Of a stretch of DNA of 64,000 nt, positions 25,761 through 39,400 are shown one piece after another. Origin of the DNA: Octopus bimaculoides. Taxonomy: Eukaryota. A model generated the notes under the pieces. That model was not told the origin of the DNA and ran no database searches. It saw only the letters and a program-made list of their open reading frames with translations. Each line of letters starts with the position of its first letter. The stretch's first letter is position 1. Position numbers and translations under genes: made by a program. The DNA lies in NCBI RefSeq assembly GCF_001194135.2, contig NC_068989.1, positions 51,937,230-52,001,229 on the forward strand, read 5' to 3'.

Positions 25761-28350
25761 TATTAAAATACATTCAGGCGTTTTTGTCGCTTTTCTTTAA
25801 ATTTTGACAGAAAAACTCCCCGAAATCAACTCTATTTTTCAGTCAGCCTGGGAGGAACAAGTTACTCATATTATTGTGAGGGTAGTTATATAAACTTATG
25901 CCGGCCTGAATTTGTTATAAGGTGTTAATTATTAAGAGATAGAATATTAATTTGCTTAATTTCTACAATAATAGTATAATTCTCTGCTCTATTATATTTC
26001 TGCTCTACGAGTCATATTCCGGCTCATTTTTCTTGCCAAAAAAATGAATATACGAAGATCACTTAACTGACGACAGGAATTGGAGTCATTGATGTTGATA
26101 ACCGAGGTCATCTTTTAGCATTGTTTTTCAAGAAAGCTTGTTGATTATATATTCGTCTGATGGAATACGTTCCCACTAACTGGTATTATAAGCTTATAGA
26201 TTTCGGTCTGACAAATAGAGAGTCATACGTGAAATAATTTGCTTAAATTATTTCAGTTTCGAATAAGGCTACCTCTTTTGTGTCCACAAAGTGGGAGAAT
26301 TTGTGAATAGCTTATTAAGCAATTTATGATTAAATTAATTAATGTAATGTAAAATGCCACCGAAGATTGTGTGATTTACTGAAGAAAGAATTTTCCTTGT
26401 TCAATAAACTTTCTGAAAACTTGATATGAACATATATTGCTAGGCAAGATTTTTTTTTTTTTTGTAGTTGTTTCAGTGCCGAAAGTTGGAGAATGTTTAC
26501 ATAAAATTAATGCCAAAATATCATTTAAAATTTTTTTAAAGCGAATGCAAAATCTAAGAGTAACTGCATCCTAGACTTACATAGATTAGCAAATTTGAAC
26601 TTAAAATTACTTGTATCTATGGAATCCCGTTGTGCTCTAAGCCTTTTCAGACATGTTAATGGTCAATGTTACAACAAATTTCCTCATTCGCATTGGAATA
26701 TATGCTTTTCATTCTTCTGTTTGAAATTTTGCTTCTTTATTAATATATTGTTGGATAGTGATATCAGCAATAAACAATAAACAAGAGTAACTAATTGTTC
26801 TTTGAAGTTTTACTATGCTTTTAAGATCCCACTTGCAACAGATATTTTCTTAATATTTTATAGTGTATGCCACAGGTTGAAATAAAATATAAGTGTATGT
26901 CAGTGGAAGAAAGTCGTCTAGTATTTAAGATTTTTGACCCATGATCATAACTTCATCGTAGGTTCCAGTACTACATGGATTAGGATGTACCGTTGGACAA
27001 ATAAATTCGTTGGCAATAGTCGGCTTTAAGTAGACGTAATGCAGACAATCAGGGTTCTGCAGCCTCAGATTTCCTATTTTGTTGTCACATTTTGGATGCT
27101 CTATTTGGTGATAGAGGAGGGTGGAGTGTCGGTATTTATGTCTCTTGTAATAATATTAGCAACTAATACAATTAGAGGCGATAAGCTCCATGGAACCAAT
27201 GCATGCTTACGGCTGCTTATATTTAGATATCTAATATCATCTGCATATAACAATATATCTTTTTTAAATCGTAGATATTCTACTGTGAAAATACCTTCCT
27301 ATAAATCCACTTCAGTACAAACTTTTGCTTGTTAATGTAAAATTCACTGAAACAAGCAAGGATAATACAATATTGGTTGCCTTGAGATACTCCAGTATTT
27401 ACGCTTACACTTGGACGACATCAAATTAATATTCTATAATGCAAATGAAAACACAGGAATTTAAATATAGATAGAAGGCGATATTTCCATGTAGGAAAAC
27501 TGCATGCAGACGGATAATTGGGAATGCACAGTGCCAGATTTAAATGTTAATAGAAAATAGGGTACATTCCTCAAATGGACTTAATTCGACTGATGAAGAC
27601 TTCGAAACGAAGAGATTGTGTATTGTATCATGATACCTCAGGGTTAATTAAATTTACATTACTAATGAACTTAAATCAACTGTGATTGTCTGTAGTTCAG
27701 TATAAAATATCGTAGTAAAAGAAAAAGAAATAGATGCAAAAGGAGTACCTGTGAAAGACATTTTCGTGCACAAATTTCTACGTTGAATGCAGAATGCCAT
27801 GAAATTTGGTGTTGATTAATTCCTAATCATAACACCTTTGTAGCAGAATAGGTCTATGATATTACTCGAGTCAAACATGGACCAACGGCCAAATGACACT
27901 AGCAGAAGTATATAGTGTACAACTTCATTATATATCTTAATAACTTAGTCAGTATGATTTTAAATGGTAATTTGTATTTCTATATGAGTTGTAATTATGA
28001 TTTTGCGTTGCATAATATTACGTCACCAAGTTCAACGGTGGAGTAAATTTTTTTCCTTAAGTTTGTATAAAACATAGTGCCAACTGGTCTGTGGATTAGA
28101 AGCATTGCTAAGTCATTCGACCAAAGAATTTGCAGTTTTGTTACGGCAGTATACATTTTGATTACCCATTCAATTATTGAATAATCATTTATGTATAATC
28201 GACGAGACAGAGAGCTATAAACGTATAAAGGAAACAAAAATGAGACCACATACATATACTCTCTCAACATGCTTAATTTAGAATCTGTGATCTTCTCACT
28301 TCTTATACTTGTCTACAAGGTACCTAATTTTCAATCCTCTAAGTTGATAT

Positions 28351-28829
28351 GTCTTGAGTGAAGAGGCAGTAACACGCATTAATATCATCGCTTTCGCTAT
28401 CACATGCTTAAGTTTGTCAAGTGCATCAAAGTAGACCGACGCGTAGACTGGCATAAATGACAGAAAAGAATTCCCTCTGCTATAATTGTTAAAATGTGTA
28501 CTGCAGTTTCATAGTTAGGTATTAATTACGACTAAATTTGCACTCACACTTTTCATTTCTTTGGCAGATGCAGTGTATCATTATATAGTATTTGATGAGT
28601 AAGTCATATACAAGTATTTGCCAAGCAAGATTATTTCCCAGTCACTATAGTTAGGAGTAGGTAATCGTGCGGAGACAGAGAATTCTTGCCATTATCCACT
28701 AAAAGCAAATTCATGAGCATTAAGGAAGATGTATCTAGGAAAATTGTGGTATTCTATTTCAAATACGTTGTAACTACAGTTGATGTCTTGAGTGAAGAGG
28801 CAGTAACACGCATTAATATCATCGCTTTC
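28351..28829. repeat. Identical 45-bp direct repeat, period 434 bp
   Basis: gtcttgagtgaagaggcagtaacacgcattaatatcatcgctttc at 28351-28395 and 28785-28829, with partial extensions. Confidence 0.9.
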
Positions 28830-29049
28830 ACGATCACATATTATTAAATAATAATGATATTGCTAAATTTAGAAAGCGCTCTGATTTAAGCATTCGAAGC
28901 ATTCGAAGAAGGTATTAAATGAATAGGAAAATTAAGTACAATTTGTTCTAGTATTATGTGACTTGTGTGTATCACTTGTGTTTGTGTGTAACTGCGTGAT
29001 GTACGTCCATTGTAAGTGTGCGTATTGAAAGATAGATATATAAATAGAT

Positions 29050-29095
<46 letters not shown>

Positions 29096-29695
29096 NNNNN
29101 NNNNNNNNNNNNNNNNNNNNNNNNNNNNNNNNNNNNNNNNNNNNNNNNNNNNNNNNNNNNNNNNNNNNNNNNNNNNNNNNNNNNNNNNNNNNNNNNNNNN
29201 NNNNNNNNNNNNNNNNNNNNNNNNNNNNNNNNNNNNNNNNNNNNNNNNNNNNNNNNNNNNNNNNNNNNNNNNNNNNNNNNNNNNNNNNNNNNNNNNNNNN
29301 NNNNNNNNNNNNNNNNNNNNNNNNNNNNNNNNNNNNNNNNNNNNNNNNNNNNNNNNNNNNNNNNNNNNNNNNNNNNNNNNNNNNNNNNNNNNNNNNNNNN
29401 NNNNNNNNNNNNNNNNNNNNNNNNNNNNNNNNNNNNNNNNNNNNNNNNNNNNNNNNNNNNNNNNNNNNNNNNNNNNNNNNNNNNNNNNNNNNNNNNNNNN
29501 NNNNNNNNNNNNNNNNNNNNNNNNNNNNNNNNNNNNNNNNNNNNNNNNNNNNNNNNNNNNNNNNNNNNNNNNNNNNNNNNNNNNNNNNNNNNNNNNNNNN
29601 NNNNNNNNNNNNNNNNNNNNNNNNNNNNNNNNNNNNNNNNNNNNNNNNNNNNNNNNNNNNNNNNNNNNNNNNNNNNNNNNNNNNNNNNNNNNNNN

Positions 29696-30661
29696 CTCCT
29701 AATATGATGCAAATCCCTTTTTTGCGTTCGGAAACAAGAGGGTAGGGCGACGGGGACCTTCATCCCGGAATCATTGGGATTTGTTTTGTTTTCGTTGAAT
29801 AAATTCCTGTGAACTCCTAATATGCTGCAAAACCCTTTTTGTGGTCCGAAAAACGGGGTGAAGTGGAAACCACGGAAATTTTACCCACTCCTAACATTTT
29901 ACAGAAATAAATTTTCCAGAATGTGACATACATATGTATGTATATATATAATAGCGTGCAAACTTTCTCCAATGCAGATCTTTGATGCTGCATATCTTCA
30001 ATGCGCCCTGACTGATAGTAACCCTGGGAGGGGTTAGAACTAGATCGGGATTAGTTGCTGTCTTTTAGAGGCTCCCGAGCCTCCCTTCGCTAGGTTAGCT
30101 TAGGCTTAGGTTAAGGCTTAATTGTGATCCGCCCATAACTTCTTCTGACACAGAGAATCGGGACCCCTTTTGAGAGTTCTATTTTCCTTGCCGGAAGGAC
30201 ACCCAAGCCATCGGCCAAGGGGGTTTAGATAATGTGGGTGGTGGTTTCGAAAGGGCCGGTATGTGTATGCTGATCACCACTGCTGGTCAAACTTCCAACC
30301 CATGCGTTCCCGTCGCAACACTGACTCTGCGGAACTGGGGTGGGTGTGAAAACGAACATTAAAATATAAATATAGATTATTTGAATCAGCAATGTTGTGT
30401 TCGGTTAAGTTCTCTTTGGGGTGAAAAAATCAATGCACTGATTCCTTATGGGGTTTTCCATTCAACCAGCATGAAAAATTGATATACCGATTCCTTATGG
30501 GATTTTCGCAATCAAATTGTCAGCAACCCATTTTCAGTCAAATGTTTACCAATTTCAACGGATTCGCACAAATTTCACTTCGGTGTTAAATTCGACATAA
30601 AGTTCTTGATTAGCTTAATAATCCTAACTTACTCCCGGGCAACGCCGGGCTATAGTGCTAG
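29696..30661 (+). mobile_element. Non-autonomous Helitron-like element, 3' portion (5' end probably in the gap)
   Basis: Hairpin CCCGG-gcaacg-CCGGG (30634-49), 8 nt, then CTAG (30658-61) followed by T. Internal ~40-bp duplication (ctcctaatatg..gcaaa.ccctttt at 29696 and ~29815). Confidence 0.75.
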
Positions 30662-31364
30662 TGTATANNNNNNNNNNNNNNNNNNNNNNNNNNNNNNNNN
30701 NNNNNNNNNNNNNNNNNNNNNNNNNNNNNNNNNNNNNNNNNNNNNNNNNNNNNNNNNNNNNNNNNNNNNNNNNNNNNNNNNNNNNNNNNNNNTATATATA
30801 TATATATATATATATATATTAGGTCTAAGTATATACATATGTAGATGTTTGCACGTGTGCGATAAATCATACGATATTTTAAATAATCCTAGCAGGAATG
30901 CAAATGAAAACACATCTATACCAAAATTATATGATACACAAACCAGCATTTCTATTGGTAATACGGAATTTTTGATTGCATAAATATGTAAGATTTCAGG
31001 ATCAATGAGGTATATATTTCTCTCATGAATGTAAAATGTGTATAGATATACATATTGAAACATAGAATAAGGGGCGTATTCAGTGTTTCTTTGAATCCCT
31101 TATCAGAAATCTACACATTATACATAGAGTCGATGTTTTGTTGCTATTTCCGAACGCATACCATCAGATTAATACAGAACATATTAAATATATAATATTG
31201 AATGAATAAATCTGTGATGAATGTTTCTTTCCTTCGATAATTTGAACCTCTTACAACAACGTACAATATATATGAAAGCCTGAAATAATTCAGTTATAAC
31301 CTGTATCTTCTTCGCTCTCTCATTATAGTCGGCATTCCTGAATTTTCCTAATTTGTTTCAACGT

Positions 31365-31505
31365 GATCATCATCGTTATCGTTGCTGTCATCATTGTCTT
31401 CATTATCATCGTCATCGTCATCGTCGTCGTCGTCGTCATCGTCGTTATCATCATCATCAACATCATCATCATCAACATCATCATCATCATCAACATCATC
31501 ATCAC
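31365..31505. repeat. (CAT/CGT)n trinucleotide microsatellite
   Basis: Read directly; source of the poly-M and poly-I ORFs. Confidence 0.95.
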
Positions 31506-31721
31506 AACAAATAAAACTGTTAGAAAAGTCCTAATACCGGACTACAACGAGTAATGTTAGACGCAACAGCCTTTTTAACTATCTTAGCTATCCCCGATAA
31601 CATTGCTTTCTTGAGCTGAAGTAAACTAGGTTTTATTCCTATTTCTTCTACCCATCTGTTAAAAGGGATAATTCCTAATACAGGAATAGATTTTATCCGT
31701 AGACTGTATTCATTTTAAAGT

Positions 31722-31761
<40 letters not shown>

Positions 31762-31984
31762 GTCTTGCCTGCTCGATTAAAAGAGGGCGGCAGAGTAATC
31801 ATCACAATGGCGTCGGATGACAGACGGATCCGTTCCGTACGCAGCAATAGCTGTTTGACATAACTCCACAAGTCAGCAATTACCGGACACTGTATATAAA
31901 ATACAAAAATGGGAGAAAAACACACAACATCCAGACAATACGAGATACAAAAAAGGGGACAACAAAACATCCAGATAAACAATA

Positions 31985-32295
31985 CAAAGAAAACAAGGAC
32001 GGGTCATTCGGAGTTTTCTATCCTAGGTCGAGTTCCAGATTATTTTTGCAATTTCGGCTGGTCATACCCTAGATTGCTCCAATCCGGCCAGCTCCAAGGA
32101 AAAACTAAGCTAAGAACATTAGAGTCCTTGGAAGAAAGCAGCGAATGTATACAAAAACAAGGACGAAAGAAAACAGAGAAATGTTACACAAATACAAATG
32201 CAATTAACAGGACATAACAACAAGTGTCTTTCGACTAAGGATAAATTGAATTAAGCTGGCGTGTGTGGAGGTAAAGCCTTACGGTAGGGACATAA
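31985..32295. mobile_element. Unclassified interspersed repeat, copy A
   Basis: Shares ctaagctaaga, gaagaaag, aaatgttacac, ataacaac..tctttcgactaa and aagcctt, in order, with 43150-43700. Confidence 0.65.
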
Positions 32296-34526
32296 CCTTT
32301 AACAGGCGCAGGGAGGAATATAGATGTTGCACGGATGGTAGCCTAACCAAGAAATAAAGGTCAGGCCCGGTCAAACACTGGTCACTTGGTGAGAGAAGAG
32401 AGAGAGGTAGAGGCAGAGGGATAGAAGAATTAAGGACGGGCGACAAAAATATGGAAGCGATACAGTGAAGTGAAAGGGGAGGGAAAGTGAGCATGAAGAG
32501 AAGGCCAGGAAATGTGAGAGAGGGGGAACGAAAGAACGAAGAGTGGAATGAACGAAGTGTGAAAGGGCTGATAGAAAGAAGGACAGAATAATAGAGTCGT
32601 ACAAAATTTAGATATATATATACTTACATATAAGAGACCAAAGTGTACGTACGCCGGTATATTTTATTTATAAAGAGAAAAAAAAAACTAAATGCTTGGG
32701 GTTTCTTTCCTATTAAGCAACGTTTTTAGTTTTATACCTGATATGCGTATTGTAATAACGTATATAAAAAAAATGACAGTGTCACAGCATAAGACGATGG
32801 GTGCTACCTGCATTGCCTGTTTTTTCAAAAGTTCTTGGATTATAAGTTCATTGACCATAAAATGCTGGGCAATGTTTGTGTATACCAAAGATAGTTTTCG
32901 CAAGAAAATTGATAGATTAATTTAAGATATGAATACATTATTCATTTATCTATGTAGGGAGGATAATATTCAGTTAGTTAATTAGACATTAATTTCTCAA
33001 ACTACCTTATTATCATAAGCCTTTCTGCATTCTAATTTTTGCTTTTAATATCACACAAATTTACTAACATCTTTCTCTCTCACTCATTATCATTGCTATA
33101 AATATCTCGATCCAAAATTGCAGAAAAGTTTCCCTCTAAAACACAGTAACTTAAAAATGTTTATCTCTTTATCAAGTTAGAAATATTATAGACGTAGTGT
33201 GGAAATAAATACAATAGATAAGCTAACAAGTTGGCAGGACCTATACATGAAATCCAACCATATATTAATACCCGCCATTCTTTTCTCTATAACACCAAAT
33301 AGAAAATAACTATGATTTTGTATTTCTCTATTATGCCTATAAAATAGCACGAGAAGGTACAATAAAATACACGAAACGGTATGTATACTGGATTGCAGTA
33401 GATGTGACAAAATGAAAGAAAAAATGAACGTGATTTGATATCATGCTAAGGGGAGGGGAATGATTAGTTTTGTAGTTTGCTGTGACAAGATTGAATCTGT
33501 CATATAGCGATTATAGAATATTTCCATTCTGCGGAAACTGTAAGATTTCAGTGTACTGTCAGAAGCATTTGATATGGATGCACTCTATATCGACCGGGAG
33601 GCTAAAATTAATCTATCTGTTCAAGTTCTTTCTATTCATCCTGTAAACCATCCATGCATACATGCACACACACGGACACACACACACACACACACACACA
33701 TGTGTGTGTATGTGTGTGTGTGTGTGCGTGTGTGTGTGCGTGTGTGTGTGTGTGTGTACGTACGTGTTTGTGTGTGTGTGTGTGTGTATGACTGGGGACA
33801 CAACAGATTAATGATTTGAAAAGAATAACGCTAGATTGATAGAGTGAGGTACGAATTGTAAGATAGCGAGAGAGAAAAAAGATGAAATAGTTATTTTTGC
33901 CAACAGAACATCATGCAATCCTGAAATTGGCAAAGAATTTGTCTGCTGTCAAAACCTTTATCAATGAATTATTCAAATAGATGTGCGGAGTTGCTTTGGG
34001 TTAGATAATAATGCAACAGAAAATAATAATGTATTTATTACGATGTTGCATAAAAGTTGAAAGTAAAAACCAAACACATAACATTATAATACCGATTTTT
34101 AATAAATAGAAAATAATTACTTAATAATATTTAACATAAAATCGTTCGTTAACTCAGTCTTAATAAGATAGTTCGCTAATCAGACACACAAATGAAGTTA
34201 TGCTATTCGTATCGTAAAATGCTATTATTGATGTTCAAATGGATACAAGGACACACATGATTTTAGAAAAAACAACTGAAAAGGTTACCATCAATGCTTG
34301 ATTGAAAAATGCAATCCATGTTTTGTCTGCAGCTCTATTAAGCTATCGATGGTATTCCTAAAATATAATAGATATAAAATTGTCCCTAACAATATGAAAA
34401 TTATTCCAAATATTTCTGCACAACATAATACACTTCAGGCATGTGTGTGCGTATTTGTGTGTGTGTGTGTATGTGCCTGTGAGCGCGCGCACAAGTGTTT
34501 GCGTGAGTGTCTGTGTGTGTGTGTGT

Positions 34527-34573
<47 letters not shown>

Positions 34574-34577
34574 AACG

Positions 34578-35510
34578 CATCTTACACATGATGTGGGGGA
34601 TGCAGAATTGCACTTACCGGAATATGTTGCATTACGAATGGACAGAAGAGAAAGCAGCTACTCAATATGTGGCACTGAAAAGACAAGTAGTTATTGTTAT
34701 ATATACTATACAGTGCCCACCAGATGCTTTTGATGACACAGACCAGTTTGATGACTGCCTCGCAAAAATAGAAGTTCTCACGAAACGGGAACAACACGTC
34801 AGTGTATTCCTTGTGTGTTACTTCAACTTCTCCAAAGTGGAGGTCCGATGATCTCATTGCTGTGAGGAATGACACTGCCAACATGTACAGAGGGAGACCC
34901 GGCCCTGCCTTACCAACGCTTTGCTCATGGAGCAAATTGAACTCCAAACACATCGGGTAAATAATATACTGGGTTTGTGCCTCAAAAATAATATGGATAA
35001 CATCCGCAATGTAAAACGGATAACAATACAAGTCTCGGATCATAATATAAGAGAGCTGCAGCATATATGAAGCATATATGAGGCATATATGAAGCAACTA
35101 AAATCTCTTCAAACTTGAAATCGATTCACAAAGAGGTACTCAAACCGGATTAAGTACCTTTTCAGAGCTTCCTTGCAAGTGGTAAGCTCCCAGGCAGATT
35201 GGAGTAGCGAAACGATATGCCCTATCCATAAAGGAGAAAGCAAAGTAGATACTAAAAATTACTGACCAATCTCCATCACCTTACACATCAACAAAATCAT
35301 GGAAGAATGTCGGAAGGAAATTAATTCCATTCTTTGATGACGATGACTTGCTAACTGACATTCATCATGGTATTCGACCAGGTAGAAACTACCTGGCACA
35401 TCTTTAGAACACTACGACTGGATGTTAAATCAGCTGCTCAACAAATCAAATGCGGACGTTATATATCTCGACTTTGCAAAAGGTTTTGTTAAATTCGACA
35501 AAGTGTCACA
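34578..35510 (+). mobile_element. Internally deleted CR1/L2/Jockey-group LINE fragment (APE and RT N-terminus)
   Basis: DAELHLPEYVALRMDR, CPPD..FLVCYFNF, VSDHNI (SDH); then PIHKG..KNY*PISIT, HHGIRPGR, LLEHYDW, DVIYLDFAKGF..DKVSH. Confidence 0.85.
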
Positions 35511-35578
35511 CAGTGGGACTGAACCCGGAACCATGTGGTTGGTGAGCAAGCTACTCACCACACAGCCGCTCCTGCGCC
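35500..35578 (-). mobile_element. tRNA-derived SINE head (second SINE family)
   Basis: Minus strand ggcgcaggagcggctgtgtggtgag...ccgggttcagtcccactg has A-box-like (ggctgtgtgg) and B-box-like (ggttcagtcc) Pol III motifs. Confidence 0.8.
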
Positions 35579-36714
35579 TATGCAAGTGTTAATGTTTCTT
35601 TTGTATTTGTAATTATTATTGATGTATCAGCGAAAGACCGAGACGATGCAGCAATGTGTGTGTATATACATATATAGAGTGCTTGCTTGGATATGGATGG
35701 ATCTGGTATTAATATGTGATCAAAATTTTACTTACATGTGTGCAGCTTTCGTATATTCATTAGTCTTGTTTTTATGACATGCTTTCATTGCACCACCTTG
35801 GGTACGTGCTGTGGTTCGCATTGGCGTTATTTTGCTCTTTGCCTAGTAGTACTATTTTCTGTATGTTGTATATATTTGTAAGTCCTGGTGTTTTTGCTAT
35901 GGGTCTATATGTATATTTTTAACCATTACTAATGCATATATTATTATAGGGTTTGTTCTATTTTTAGGCTCTGCATCCAGGCTATATCTATTTCCAGCTA
36001 CTTGTATTTTGAGAGTTCCTCTGTTTCTTTTAGAGACATATTGTTCTCTGTTGGGATGAATACGTCGTATCGAACGCATTTTTCCTTGAGTATCGTTGCT
36101 TTGTCATTTTCTAGTATCTTTTTATGGGATATGCCTATATTATCTTTTTTTCTGTTGTCATTCCATTGTTATGTCATAGCTTAGTGTGTATATAGGTCTT
36201 ATCTATAATTGATAATTACACGTGTTAGAAATATCACCGTTTTAAAGTTTTACTACTTTTACTATTAGCACTATCAATATTATTAACTGATTTATTAAAT
36301 TTATTTCAGTAAACTCCCTAGCTGTTTTACTGGTATGTACTGCTACGATTTAATGTAAGTTTTTCGCCGTAAGAAAATAAAACTTAATTGCATTTCCATT
36401 AAGAAATTTGCAGTAATATTAGTGTTTTTTTAGATTATCAAATGATGCATTATACAAAGTTATATATCTCAATCTAGGGCTTCACTTAACTCCCTTATTA
36501 TTTCCATAAGTTTTTCATTCTAAGTAAACAAAGCTAGCAGAAGTATGGGTTGGCATTTTATAAGCGGTAAGCTATTAAAGAGTTGTAAGCTATTAAAGAA
36601 GTGTAATTATACATTATACTCTGCGTCCTTTTAATATCATCTGGAAATTTATTTGGACACTTATAAGTGACCAAAATTAAAACAAGCCCCACGAATGAGA
36701 CGCGAATTCTTTTT

Positions 36715-36875
36715 CCAGGATTAATCATTTACAGCTGAATGGACTGAAACCTACAGCAAGGAAGTACTTTTGTCAAAAGCCCAATGCCTCATTCGATCCT
36801 TGATTTAACACCACGATCTGGCACCCTCACCACAGGATCACAAGACTACCGTTCTACCTGATATTGGCCTCCTAA
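36715..36875 (-). mobile_element. Degenerate SINE remnant
   Basis: tttacagctgaatggactg...tgtcaaaagcccaatgcc...ccctcaccac resembles the reverse strand of a cephalopod SINE as recalled; not verified. Confidence 0.4.
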
Positions 36876-37148
36876 TTTAATAATTTTACATTCAATATTG
36901 TAAACATATATCTCTTTCCCCATGTCATTCTCAAAAACTTTTATTCCCTTCATCAAAGACTATCACACGAAATACGATCACTCCTGTTACTTTCTTTGGT
37001 GCAATAATCTTAATTGCGCACATTAATGTTTTGTTTTCGCTTTCTATTTCTCGGTTAAGCCAGGTACACACGTTCAATTGTCTGTCTCCATGCATTGTTC
37101 CTTTGATTTTTTTTATTTATGTATTTATCTTTTGTTCTTGATACACAA

Positions 37149-37220
<72 letters not shown>

Positions 37221-37511
37221 NNNNNNNNNNNNNNNNNNNNNNNNNNNNNNNNNNNNNNNNNNNNNNNNNNNNNNNNNNNNNNNNNNNNNNNNNNNNNNNN
37301 NNNNNNNNNNNNNNNNNNNNNNNNNNNNNNNNNNNNNNNNNNNNNNNNNNNNNNNNNNNNNNNNNNNNNNNNNNNNNNNNNNNNNNNNNNNNNNNNNNNN
37401 NNNNNNNNNNNNNNNNNNNNNNNNNNNNNNNNNNNNNNNNNNNNNNNNNNNNNNNNNNNNNNNNNNNNNNNNNNNNNNNNNNNNNNNNNNNNNNNNNNNN
37501 NNNNNNNNNNN

Positions 37512-37603
<92 letters not shown>

Positions 37604-38228
37604 AGTGTATATATATGTCTCTGTGTGAATATATAATTACATCAATGAGCTTCTCATTGCATGTATATATGATGAGTTTCCAGAAATTTCCTATGCACTG
37701 ATTATTACTCGCAAACTTTGATTAACTATGTTGTTGTGAAGCTATGATCTTACGCATTACAGACAGTTGATCTGAAGAAAGAAAAGAGTTTGAAAACTTC
37801 GAGAAAACACAAAAGGTAAATTTGAAAACTTCTACTAGACTTCGGTTTTCTAAGCGTCTTAGTTTACTGAAGTCACGTATATAACAGAATGAAATAGAAT
37901 GCAAATTCTAAAACAACCAGGCAAATGTATTTCCAAAATCGATACCTAGAGAATCAGAGTATTCAGTCATAATACCACTCTCTATATATTTCAACTGAAT
38001 CAAAACTATCACACGTAGAGATTTGATACATCAATGCTATATTAGTAACGTTACTTTAAGTGCATTACTGAAAATTACTAAAGCTTGTGGAATGAAAATA
38101 ATTTACCGATTTTATCTAAATAATCAAGTGCATTCAAATAATGAATACGCAATTCATATGAATGCATAGATAGTGTCAAGATATCTTCATGGAGCAACAT
38201 TGAAACTGGTGATTCAAATAACGACGAG

Positions 38229-38356
38229 AGTAGTGGCAGCAGAAGCAGCAGTAGTGGTAGTAGTAGTAGTAGTAGTAGTAGCAACAGCAGCAGTAGTGAT
38301 GGTGGTGGTAGCAGCAGCAGTAGTGATGGTGGTGGTGATAGCAGCAGCAGCAGTAA

Positions 38357-38400
<44 letters not shown>
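38229..38400. repeat. (GTA/GCA/GTG)n compound microsatellite
   Basis: Read directly. Confidence 0.95.
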
Positions 38401-38401
<1 letters not shown>

Positions 38402-38544
38402 GGAAAATTTTGATAAAATCAAACCAGAACTTGGTGGGTACTTTTATTTTCAACAGCCGGGGAAGTTGATCACGGTTAGATGTGCACTTAGTATCGTAAT
38501 ATCGGAAATCAATATCGCATGCCATTGTTTCAACTTCTCAACAT

Positions 38545-38667
38545 CAATAATCCTTTGTACCATAGGTAAAAGGTCTGAAATTTTGGGGGTAGAATTTGAA
38601 CTCAGAACCTAGTGAGGGGCGAAACACCGCTAAGCATTTCGCCCGGCGTGCTAACGATTCTGCCAGT
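38545..38667 (-). mobile_element. Internally deleted SINE copy
   Basis: gaatttgaactcagaac...ccgctaagcatttcgcccggcgtgctaacgattctgccag is the reverse complement of the family head. Confidence 0.8.
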
Positions 38668-38849
38668 GTTGTTTTTATAATGTTATGCTTCAATACAATA
38701 CTCTTCACGGTGTACGTCGCTCTCAAGATATGTCTCTGATCTTCCTTAACATATTCTTATATGTTCCATTAGTTTGCTTTCTATTGTTTTGTAAGTGTTC
38801 CATTTATTCGGGTCCTTATCCTAATGTCCTCTACAGTCCCATTACTGTA

Positions 38850-39400
38850 TTTTGAAGTCATTAGTTATATTTTACTTTCATTTTCCGTACATTTTACACA
38901 TACCTGAGATGCATATTCAAATCTTATTTCACTGCCGTTGAGCATTATATACGTATGATCCAAGATGTTTGAAATCTATTTAAGCGTCTTAACTTTGTAT
39001 TCTTTCATGACATAATGTGTTGGTTTGACTGATTGAAAACCATAAACTCAGTTTTATCATCTTTGAAATGTAATCCGATCAGTCTTGGTGCTTCCATATC
39101 TTTTCTCTGTAGATGATGTGCTTCATTGATAATATTTGAAGTAAGAGTTATATAATCTGCATCAAATCGTTCGAACTAATAGCTGCAAAAAGATAGCTTC
39201 CTTTTTCATAAACCATTTCGAAACCTGTTTCTTGTTTATTTTAATGTCATAATTCTTAATGTGCAGCAACAATCGATGTAGAGAATGCTGATTGCACCTG
39301 CAGCGTTACCAAAGATACCGTATACCTTCATACACCGAATCTGCTAAGGAATACGAATGATATAACGGCATATAGGTTTTGATTTTGATACGTTTGTATT
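38850..39400 (-). mobile_element. Degenerate RTE-like LINE RT fragment
   Basis: Minus strand FDADYITLTSNIINEAHHLQR..IGLHFKDDKTEFMVFNQ (~39040-39166; FADDIALL..GL..N..KTEYM-like) and DFKHLGSYV (38950-76). Confidence 0.6.

Noticed and set aside
26067-26090. CTGACGA core string
   Set aside because: No downstream GAAA or pairing stems.
27995-28270. NDLAMLLIHRPV, like the trypsin NDIALL motif
   Set aside because: No His or Ser catalytic motifs and no supporting exon structure.
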